Assembly (NCBI RefSeq): GCF_006345805.1 | Contig: NW_021833065.1 | Location: forward strand, 124,001 to 188,000 | Direction of reading: 5' to 3' | Origin: Octopus sinensis | Taxonomy: Eukaryota | DNA: 64,000 nucleotides | Shown: positions 1-10,643 of the stretch, piece by piece | Layout: each line of letters opens with the position of its first letter | Numbering within the stretch: position 1 is the stretch's first letter | The notes under the pieces: generated by a model | The model's database searches: none | Told to the model about the DNA's origin: nothing | Seen by the model: only the letters and a program-made list of their open reading frames with translations | Position numbers and translations under genes: made by a program

Positions 1-258
1 ATGTTTAGCATATTTCTTGAAATGTCATCAGGATTGGTTTAGCCTGACATCTTTCATCATTTACTGGTTAAAAATATTTAGTGACTCACTGCCATTTTTT
101 ATTATTTGTAACAAACAATTATTTTCTGTATTTCCTTCCTCTATCTGTTTGAATGTATGCATGTGTATATTTGTATGTGTAAGTGTGTGTGTATGTGCAT
201 TTGAGTTTTTGCATGTCTGTGTGTGTGTGCACATGTGAGTGTAGATATATATAGATAG

Positions 259-289
<31 letters not shown>

Positions 290-293
290 CATG

Positions 294-327
<34 letters not shown>

Positions 328-330
<3 letters not shown>

Positions 331-545
331 TCATCGTTTAACATCCACTTTCCCTGCTGGCATGGGTTGGATGGTTTGACTGAAAACTGGTAAGCCAGGG
401 AACTGCACCAGGTTCCAATCTGATTTGGCAAGGTATCTATGGCTGGATGCCTTCCTAACACCAACTACTCCAAGATTGTAGTGGGTACTTTTACGTGCCA
501 CCAGCATGGGTGCCACTGACATGACACCAGCATCACAACTGTTGC
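328..545 (-). mobile_element. RTE-type LINE 3' UTR fragment with (GAT)n tail
   Basis: Begins TCATCATCGTTTAACATCC...; reverse complement matches the 3' end of the RTE element at about 14570-14752. Confidence 0.75.
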
Positions 546-636
546 TTCTTATACCCAACTATATATATAAAGGGATATATACATATATGTGTATGTGTGT
601 GTGTGTGTGTGTGCATGTGTATATATATATATATAA

Positions 637-783
637 TATATTAAATTAGAGATAAAACCACTATTAGGCAAATCAAACAGTGAAAAACATAAGCCAATAC
701 ATAAAATTAATTTAAAATATAAAAGTTAAAAATAAAAAATTATTTAAATAATTTAAACTTATAAATTTTATATATATATACAA

Positions 784-840
<57 letters not shown>

Positions 841-1058
841 ATTTTTATATTTTTATATTATTTTATTAATTAATTAATTAATTTATTTATTTATTATTTT
901 TTATTATATCAAAAGTATTAAAAGTTTAATATCTTTTACTAAACTTTTAATACTTTTGATATAATAAAAAAATAATAAATAAATAAATAAATAAAAAATA
1001 ATAAATAAATAAATAAATTAATTAATTAATTAATTAAATAATATATAAATATAAAAAT

Positions 1059-1090
<32 letters not shown>

Positions 1091-1237
1091 TTGTATATAT
1101 ATATAAAATTTATAAGTTTAAATTATTTAAATAATTTTTTATTTTTAACTTCTATATTTTAAATTAATTTTATGTATTGGCTTATGTTTTTCACTGTTTG
1201 ATTTGCCTAATAGTGGTTTTATCTCTAATTTAATATA
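637..1237. repeat. ~600-bp near-perfect palindrome (foldback) with 11-nt loop
   Basis: Left arm TATATTAAATTAGAGATAAAACCACTATTAGGC... is the reverse complement of the right arm ending ...GGTTTTATCTCTAATTTAATATA; loop at 929-939. Confidence 0.95.
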
Positions 1238-1355
1238 ATATAATATAATATATTTATACTATAAAATTAGATTTAATCCTAAATCTCATTTTTCCCTGTA
1301 AGTTTGGATTTATTCCCTAATATTATTATTATTATATATATATATATATATATAA

Positions 1356-2835
1356 AAGACAAAAAAGAGTGAAAAAACTACAGAAGACTTGTGTTATATG
1401 GTTAAAGAGTATATTCAAATCGCTATGTTAGACAAATGTTATAAAATTTTGCGTATAGTAACATAGTTTTGGGAGAAATAACTGGTTTCGTAGTTTCTTT
1501 TCAAATTTCTCTACCTATATCGTGTCATGTCTTCACTATGTTGTGAAGTATGGAGTTCCAGACAGGGGAAGGTAATCAGGGATGTTATCTGGTATAAGGG
1601 AGATAATCAAACATGTTGGGAATGACTAATTTAACATGATTTGGTTTAGAAGGAACAGAATGTTACAAGTGGTTAGGTTTTACTTTATATTTTTTTCAAT
1701 GAGGTGAGTTTCCTTATTTAAAAATGTTAGAAATGGTTAAGTTTTGGCTTATATTTTTCAATGAAGACGGTTTCCTTATTTAATCTAACTTGTGTTGGTA
1801 TTCCAATGGCACATTGATAGAAAGGAAAGATTATAAATTGTGGTAGTAGTTGCTTTGCGCATTTCTCAATATGTTCACTAAAGGGTATCATTCTGTATTC
1901 TGGGAATGCAATCTACTGTCGATGCAGAGTGCATCTGCATCTGAGCAATAATCCCGTGGACCCTATGTAGTTTTGGTGGCAGCCCAAGCATCTTACGACA
2001 TAAATCAGGTTTTCTAAAGCAAAAGTAAAATTAGATTTGATTTTGAATTTTTGTCCCTCTTTGAAGAGGAATTCTGATCCTTCTAGAAGGTTTGGGCATG
2101 TTGCGCAATTTGGTCTGCAAAATTTTTCACTTTTGCATATGTTATTTTAGAAAATAATTTTGCCTTTGTGAGGATCTTTTTTAGTGATTTCGGTTGTTTG
2201 TAGCTTTTAATGATTTTATGTAAGTGTAAAATTTCCTTTAATTTGGGGTCCTTATGTAGCATTGGTAAATTTTGGGTGATGATGGGGAAGGCTTCTTTGT
2301 TTCTGAGGTTGTATGTGGATATGTACGGCAGTATTTTCGGGGAAGGTGTGTTGCTGTGTTGAACTTTTCTTAAGGTTTCTATGTTGATTTGTGTTGCACA
2401 TCTGATTCCATCCTCTATGAGTCAAACTGGGCAGTGTCTGTCAATTAGGGTGATTTTGAATTCTTGCAGTCTAAAGTTTCTGGTATTTTGTTCTGACACT
2501 ATTGTGCATATCCTTTTTGCAAGGTTGAAAGGGATGTTTGTTTTAGTGTGTTTTGGGTGGCATGAATCAAAAAGTAGGTATTGTTTAGCATCTGTGGCTT
2601 TGTAAAAAATGTCTGTTTCTATTTTGAGGTTAATTTTTTCAATTAGTATATCTAAGTATGGAAGTTCCTTTTGGTTGTATTCCATTGTGAACTGTATATT
2701 TGGGTTGACGCTGTTCACTAGGCTTTTGAATTTTAGGAGTTTATCTGTGTTTTCATTCCAGAGTATGAAACAGTCGTCTAGGAATCTTTTCCAATTTTCT
2801 TTTATGTATTGGGAAAGGGGGTTTCCAAAGGTAGA
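1356..2835 (-). mobile_element. Penelope-like retroelement (RT C-terminal half, GIY-YIG endonuclease, 3' UTR); 5'-truncated and disrupted
   Basis: ORF 2422-2886 has WKRFLDDCFILW and LPYLDILI..TDIFYKATDAKQYL..SCHP; downstream minus frame reads NLIYVVRCLGCHQNYIGST..HR (GIY-YIG), with stops and frameshifts. Confidence 0.9.
1473..1511 (-). ncRNA. Degenerate minimal hammerhead ribozyme in PLE 3' UTR
   Basis: Minus strand GAGAAAT-TTGAAAA-GAAACTAC-GAAAC-CA-GT-T-ATTTCTC: perfect 7-bp stem I, but the CUGANGA box is mutated. Confidence 0.55.
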
Positions 2836-4049
2836 TAACTCACCCCAAATCCCATCCAGGAGCAATAGACATTGATGTTTCACCATTTTTGTGACTTATC
2901 AACATCACATACATGAAACAAATTGGAGGTGAACTGGATAGCTTGTCCTTGACTTTAAGCAAGATAGTGTAAAAACCATCTGTTGGTATGCCCTGATAAT
3001 ACATACTTAGGAAAAAATTCAAATATGAATTAGAAGCACCACTAGTGTTGTAAGCAATATTGTGCATGTCATGCCTGTCTATAACAATCAGGTGTTTTAA
3101 CACCTGGTGCTTTGAGAGAGTCATCTCCACTATGTCAGCCTATTGGCAAGCAAGCAAAGTACATGTGTTATGTATGTGGATTATATAATGTTTGCAACAC
3201 TTCTGCCTACATTTGTCCTAACATTAAGGAAGAAAAGAGGGAGCAAACCACAAAATTTGCAAAGATCTATTCTTACAACTAATGATAGCAGAGGGAGATG
3301 GGGTAACAGATTTTTTGCAGAACCTTATTATAATATGAGGCAGTCATATCGAATATTTCTCTAGAAGAAGAAAGGCATGTGATCCTACAGTTAATGTTTG
3401 GAATTAAGCTTTTAAATACAATAAGCGAGTGACATGTGGGGTTTTTTAGGCTTATGGAGGGTCAAATAAAGAAGCATCTAAAAAGTCATTCCCAGTTAGG
3501 TTATCGTCATCTTGTTTACATTTTTTTAAACATATGTTTTTGAAATGTTGGATATCTCCCCTGTGATTTTCTTTCTGTCAGCTTTCTTATGAGCATTCCC
3601 TGTTCAAACATCATCTGCTTTGAACACAAGTGGCAAACAATCTTATTCTCAGCTTGAAAAATAATGAAATAAATGAATGTGTCGCCTACAAAATCCTGGG
3701 TAACTGTATTTCACAAGATTCGTGGTTTTTATTATAACATTATCTTCACCCTCTTATGTGATTGAGTGTTGTTCTTCTTGTTAAAGCCTTATCTCTTTCT
3801 CTTTCTCTAGATATGTGCGTGTGTGTGTGTGTGTGTCTGTGTGTGTGTGCGTGTGTGTGTGTCTGTGTGTGTGTGTGTGTATGTGAGTACATGTTAGCAT
3901 GTCTAGTATTCAAGTTATTTCTTTTAAACTCATGTTATTTTTAATTATACAAATTATAATGGCCAAAAATAGTTGCTAACTCTTTTTCTTAATGTAACAA
4001 TCTATGCAAGCTGATCAGCAAGTTTGGTTAGACTATATTATGCTGATAA

Positions 4050-4283
4050 AGGTGGCGAGCTGGCAGAATTGTTAGCACGCAGGGCGAAATGCTTATCGGT
4101 ATTTCGTCTGCCGCTACGTTCTGAGTTCAAATTCCGCTGAGGTCGACTTTGCCTTTCATCCTTTCGGGGTCGATTAAATAAGTACCAGTTACGTACTGGG
4201 GTCGATATAATCGACTTAATCTGTTTGTCTGTCATTGTTTGTCCTCTCTGTGTTTAGCCCCTTGTGGGTAGTAAAGAAAGAGA
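4050..4283 (+). mobile_element. tRNA-derived SINE, family A (central GCCTTTCATCCTTTCGGGGTCGA domain), full length
   Basis: A-box-like TGGCAGAATTG, B-box GAGTTCAAATTCC; 16-bp TSD TATATTATGCTGATAA at 4034-4049 and 4284-4299. Confidence 0.9.
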
Positions 4284-4779
4284 TATATTATGCTGATAAG
4301 GTCTTAGAGGCTGAAATATGTTCGTAGTTGTCCTTTGCTTGCATTCAAAGCTCTGTCTATCCTTCCCCTAAGCATGTAAATCAACTTTGAGATATTAACT
4401 CTTAAATTCTTCAAATTATCTCCCCATTACTTTCAGAACCACTAACAATTACCTCCGCCAACTAATAGAAAAATTTTCAATTGATTAAGAATTTTTGGTG
4501 ATATGTCATTCCATACTTCCTACCTTATTTAACTATCTAGATCAGTTATCAGCAAACTGCAGCCTGTGAATGGCATACCAATGAGAAATTACCTTGAATT
4601 TTTTTTAGTAGTATGGCCTACCTTATGATGAGCCATGTTTCACGCAGTCTACCTTTTGAAAAAAGTTTGTCCTTGCCTGATCTAGATTCATGCAATAGGC
4701 AAATTTTTATAATTTTATTTAGCACGTTATATTTTTTAACATGTCAGTATTGTCATATTAAAACATTGCTTTAAAAAAT

Positions 4780-4985
4780 TTTGGTGAAAGGCCAGTAATT
4801 TTGGGGGATGGAGGTAAGCCAATGATATTGATCCCAGTGTTCAAATGGTACATATTTTATCAACCCTGAAAGGGATGAAAGGCAAAGTTGTCTTGGCAGA
4901 ATTTAAACTTAGAACATAAAGACGGATGAATAACTTGAAGTATTTTGCCCAGCATGCTAATGATTCTACCAACTCACTACCCTAT
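4780..4985 (-). mobile_element. SINE family A, diverged copy
   Basis: Reverse-complement similarity to 4050-4283 (GAAAGGGATGAAAGGCAAAG). Confidence 0.7.
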
Positions 4986-5146
4986 TGTCATATCAGAAAA
5001 TTAAAATTTAAGGCAGTCATTATTTTCAAGAATCTATTTTATTGTTATTGTCCTCACCATCTCACTCCCTTCTCTTTTTCACCTTTTCTCTCTCCCTCTT
5101 TCTCAGTTTACACACATGTGTGCGCACACATGTACGCACACACACA

Positions 5147-5188
<42 letters not shown>

Positions 5189-5974
5189 ACATTTATCCAT
5201 CTCTCATTTCTTTTCTGCATTCTTAGTTTGCACTTTAACAATAAAAAAATTAAAAAAAAAACAGGCAGGTATTAAAATATGTAGGAGTGGTCTTTTAATT
5301 GGCTTTTCTTACCTCCTTGACATCAACCATCACTTGAAAATGCCTGAAACTTTTGGGGAGGAAGTACTTTGGAATAGACAACTTAATGGGCTTTCCTCCT
5401 TGTTCTTTGTCAGCTACACATTCAGACAGATTTTATTTCATACCAAGTAATTAACATTTATTACAGAAAATGCTGTTCAGATTTGCAATTCTTGTAATTG
5501 ACACAGTCTTAATCAAATCCATAAACAACAGAATCAATAAAAATAGATGGCTTTATTATTTATTGATTGTATTAGAGCTATATAATATATAACTCTAATA
5601 TAGACATATTTATAAGGTCGATGATTTTATGAAAATATGATCATCCAACAATCTCATATCTTTTTGTGTCTTATGCTTCTTCAACATCCTCATCATCCTC
5701 ATCATCCTCATCGTTGTTTTAAGGAACACTTTTTCGTGCTTGCATAGGTCAAACAGTTTATTGAAGCAGATTTTCTACAACCAGATGCCCTTCCTGTTGC
5801 TAACCCTTACCTGTTTCCAAGCGGACTAATATTCCTCTATGGCCACACGGTTTTGCAGAATATATGAACTGAATGTCACTGCTTGTATGGCAATGATAAT
5901 CATTTCCAAGTATCACACTCTATCAAGACGAAGAGACAGAAACACACAGTCACTCACAACACTCATACAGATGT

Positions 5975-6092
5975 ATTTCTGCTACTTAGGTAACCTAATT
6001 AGCAGTGGAGGAGGATGTACCAAAAGTGTAATTGCTAGAATAAGAATAGGATGGAGAAAGTTCAGAGAGCTTTCGTCTTTGTTGGTAACCAA

Positions 6093-6179
<87 letters not shown>

Positions 6180-6860
6180 TCTCTCTAAGGGAAAGGACGA
6201 TTGTATGATGCATGTGATGTGTATGGACTGCAATGCAACATGATAGTGAGACGTGGGCCTTGAATGCAGAGGATATGAGAAGTCTAGAGAGGAATGAAGC
6301 TGGTATGCTTCACTGGATGTATAATGTAAGTGTACATGTGCGACAGAGCACTAGAACATTCAGAAAAATGTTAGGTATAAGAAGAATTAAATACAGTGAT
6401 TGCATAAAGAAGTGCCAATCACTTAAAGTGGATGGAAGTTGTGGAAGAGAAAGACCCAGGAAGACATGGGGTTAAAGTATTGAAGGCCAATCTCAATGCC
6501 TTATGAAGATGACAAAGAACTGAAATATATCAAGGCACATTGCTGTACTCAGAACAACCCACCCAACACCACATAACAGAACAGAATTCATATCCTAAAA
6601 CTACCTTGGTAATGCTTGCCTATGAAGGTCACTGGTGCTGGTGCCATGTAAAAGCACTGGTGCTGGTTCCAAATAAAAAGCACAAATGATGGTGCCACAT
6701 AAAAAGCACCCAGTACACTCTCTAAAGTGGTTGCTTTTAGGAAGGGTATCCATCCAGCAGTAGAAACCAAGCCAAAACAGACTATGGAACCTGGTGCACT
6801 TCCTGGCATTGCAAACCCATGCCAACAAGGAAAATGGACATTAAATGATGATGATTATGA
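5975..6860 (+). mobile_element. RTE LINE 3' fragment (RT C-terminus and 3' UTR) interrupted by (CT)n
   Basis: FCYLGNLISSGGGCTKSVIARIRIGWRKFREL, HDSETWAL..ERNEAGML and GRERPRKTW match the frames at 12700-13271. Confidence 0.8.
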
Positions 6861-6877
6861 TATTATATATATGTACC

Positions 6878-7735
6878 ATCATCATCATTTAGTGTCTGTT
6901 TTCCATGCTGGCATGGATTAGATGGTTTGACTGGGACGGGTAAGTTGAAGAGCTTTACCAGGCTCCAGTCTGATTTGGCTTGATTTCTACAGCTTGATGC
7001 TCTTTCTAATGCCAACCTTTCCAAGAGTGTAGTACTCTCACTCTTTACTTGTTTCAGTCGTTTGACTGTGACCATGCTGGAGTACTGCCTTTAGTCAAGC
7101 AAATCAACCTCAGGTCTTATTCTTTGTAAGCCTAGTACTTATTCTATCGGTCTCTTTTGCTGAACCGCTAAGTTACGGGGATGTAAACACACCAGCATTG
7201 GTTGTCAAGCGATGTTGGGGGCACAAACACAGACACACAAACATACACACGCACATATACATATATACGACGGGTTTCTTTCAGTTTCCATCTACCAAAT
7301 CCACTCACAAGGCTTTGGTTGGCCTGGGGCTATAGTAGAAGACACTTGCCCAAGGTGCCATGCAGTGGGACTGAACCCGGAACCATGTGGTTTGTAAGCA
7401 AGCTACTAACCACACAGCCACTCCTATGCCTAGTGGGTACCTTTTATGTGTCACCATCACTGGCAACAACTACTTGGCTTAGCAAGTCTTCTCAAGCACA
7501 GCAAATTGCCAAAGGTCTTGATAACTTATCATCACTTCCATGAGACCCAACATCTGAAGATCTGAAGATCACCACCTTGTCTCATGTCTTTCTGGGTCCA
7601 CCTCTTCCATAGGTTCCCTCCACAGTTAGAGAATGGCACTTTTTTACACAGCCATCCTTATCCACGCACATCACATGATCACGCCAGTGCAGCCTCTCTC
7701 TCACATACCACATCTGATGCCACTTATGCTCAATT
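6878..7735 (-). mobile_element. RTE 3' end with a nested SINE
   Basis: (CAT)n start and 3' UTR match; RT-end similarity resumes after 7431. Confidence 0.65.
7045..7431 (-). mobile_element. tRNA-derived SINE, family B (CORE-like region, internal microsatellite)
   Basis: Minus strand TGGCTGTGTGG A-box and GGTTCAGTCCC B-box, then GGCACCTTGGGCAAGTGTCTTCTACTATAGCC; several copies in the window. Confidence 0.85.
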
Positions 7736-8634
7736 TTCGTATTTTGTTTAGGCATTGCAAGACTAATAACCTAGTGTAAAGAGATGACACAGGAAAAACA
7801 ATGATTATGTTATGAACTTCATTAGCTTACTGCCATTTCTGTTATAAGATGCAATGGACTCTTAGTTGAATGCCTGAATAACATCCTGTAGCTTCACCGG
7901 AGCCTTGAAGTACAATTTATTTGGGGAAAAAAGAATTACATTTGTGCAATAGACAGAGAAGGCATTACCAGTGAGAAAGTCATTACTGATGTATATAAAG
8001 AAGTATATGTCTAACAGGTAATTAGATTTACTTATAGAAAAAATAGAAAAATATATGTATACACATGTGCACACACTCAAAAAATACATGTAGATATGGC
8101 CATACACACAGCCAGAGATACACACACATGCTGATACATACATGTGTGTTTGTGTGTGCACATACTTTTAGATATATACACACATACATATATGAAATAC
8201 ATATCCACAGACATACAGTAGTATATGTAGTTTTTAGTTATTGTATCAGTAATAACATGATACCTGTAGATGATGCTTTTGGCCAGATATACTTCATTTC
8301 TTACATCTACAGGTTTTGGTTGTCATGGATTTTCCTGTAGTAGAGCTGGAATGGTTGGTGTCAGAAGTAAGGTGGGAGAGTGTTGTCAAAAGGATTAAGT
8401 TAGATGGAATCCTCTGCTGATCATTGGGTATCATATGTAGGTCTTTAGCATCCCTAAGGCCTGTAGGTATGGACATGTGTGCTTATGCGAATACTATGAA
8501 CATTTTTACTCCCTTACTTTTACTCCCTCCCCTCACTTAGCGGTCATTCCAATAGGTCTTTTGTCTTAATAGTGGCCAATCACACAGTAATTTCCCTTTG
8601 TTTAACGGTCATTTTCCATAGCATTTTTTTGATG

Positions 8635-8703
8635 GCCGGATAACTGAAGAGATGGTGGCATGGGTTTCTGCCCTGATATCTGAAACTCAGAGTTTATCAT
8701 GGC
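8635..8703 (+). ncRNA. Type I hammerhead ribozyme motif
   Basis: GCCGGATA-A-CTGAAGA(8644-8650)-stem II GAT..GGCA/TGCC..ATC-T-GAAAC(8682-8686); ACTC/GAGT stem III; T; TATC-A-TGGC closes stem I. Confidence 0.65.
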
Positions 8704-8826
8704 AACCGAATAATTGTCACATATTAATTTTACAGATAAATTCCTCTGTTTACATAATAGCGAGGTTTCTTTCATTCTTTTGTTGTCTTACCATTCCTAT
8801 CAATATATATATATATATATAATATG

Positions 8827-8858
<32 letters not shown>

Positions 8859-9541
8859 CATGCATGTATATATATATATATATATATATCTGTACGTGTA
8901 TGTGTTTTGTAAACACATGCGTGTGTGTGTGTATAAATATATATATATATATACATACATATATATATATATATATAATCCTTTATCTTTCTGTCTGTCT
9001 GTTCCCAATGTATTCTCAAGTGGCTCAACCAAATCAAATCAAATTTTACATGGTGATACTATCAGACCCCCCCCCCCGTGAATGTCAACATGTAATTTTT
9101 TTGTCATTTGGATTCAAACAATGCAACATTGGCCCTGGTTCAGTATTACATGTCAAAGGTCAAAGAATAAAAGTGAAACTATAATATCTGTTTTGTAATA
9201 TGATATATTGTTTCACTTTCATATTTGTACTTTTAATTCTAATCACGATGACACTATTCACGATGACATATATTTTGTATATGACTGTGTATCTGTCTGT
9301 GAATGTATGTGTGTGAGTGTATGAGTGTGTATATGTCTCACAGTGTGTGTCTTTCCATGTTAGGTACATTATTAAACACACTATACTTATGTGAGGGTTG
9401 GTCAGTGTCAATACAAAATTTTATTCTCATTTCAATTAAAACAATATAACATTTCATAGGGGTAATCTATTGCCAACAGGGCATTTTAGATCACAACGAC
9501 AGCAACATCACATTTTGTATATAACTGTATATCTGAGTGTG

Positions 9542-9925
9542 AGGAGGTGCAATGGCCCAGTGGTTAGGGCAGCGGACTCGCGGTCGTAGGATCGCGGTTT
9601 CGATTCCCAGACCGGGCGTTGTGAGTGTTTATTGAGTGAAAACACCTAAAGCTCCATGAGGCTCCGGCAGGGATGGTGGTGATCCCTGCTGTACTCTTTC
9701 ACCACAACTTTCTCTCACTCTTACTTCCTGTTTCTGTTGTACCTGTATTTCAAAGGGCCGGCCTTGTCACTCTCTGTGTCACGCTGAATATCCCCGAGAA
9801 CTACGTTAAGGGTACACGTGTCTGTGGAGTGCTCAGCCACTTACACGTTAATTTCACGAGCAGGCTGTTCCGTTGATTGGATCAACCGGAACCCTCATCG
9901 TCGTAACCGACGGAGTGCTTCCTCC
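9542..9925 (+). mobile_element. tRNA-derived SINE, family C; CpG-rich, so probably young
   Basis: A-box TGGCCCAGTGG, B-box GGTTTCGATTCCC; 14-bp TSD TATATCTGAGTGTG at 9528-9541 and 9926-9939. Confidence 0.9.
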
Positions 9926-10643
9926 TATATCTGAGTGTGTATATATCTCATAGTGTGTATCTTTCCGTGTTAGGTATGTTATTAAATACATACACATCTG
10001 CACTTACATATACATATGTAATAGTACATTATTAAACATGTACACACATTTACATATACATATACATATACATATGTGATGACTCATGCCGGTGTGTAAG
10101 TGTATGAGTGTGTATATGTCTCATAGTGTGTGTGTGTGTCTATCCATGTCAGGTGTATATATATGTGGTGTGTGTGGGTGTGTAGGTATGGGTGTATGCG
10201 TATGTATATAGCATGAATAGATCTGTACATGTGTGGGTCAGTCTCTGTCTGTCTCCATCTATTTTCTCTTTTGTGTGTTTATGCATGCCTTTGAATATAT
10301 ATTTTACACATGTGTGTCTGTATATGTGTGTATATATCTAAAAATATAGAATAATTATAAAATAAACTCAAATTAGGCAATCAACTTTTTATACATTCTC
10401 AAACAGTTATAAATCCTAGTTAAAATGCATATATATTAATATATATCAACATATATGAGAATTTAAAAAAATATAAATATATATAAATATACATAAAAAT
10501 ACATGTAAATAGAGTCCATGTAGGATGTAAATGGAAACAAATATGAGAAAAAGAGAACTGATAAAAATTTGTTTTCATACTAAAATTAAGAGTGGTTCAA
10601 AGTTTCAGTTAACAGATTCATAAAATTCAATCTGATTGTTTTT

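Noticed and set aside
2840-3420. Complex sequence with short ORFs next to the PLE truncation point
   Set aside because: No recognisable motif or splice structure, and stops in all frames.
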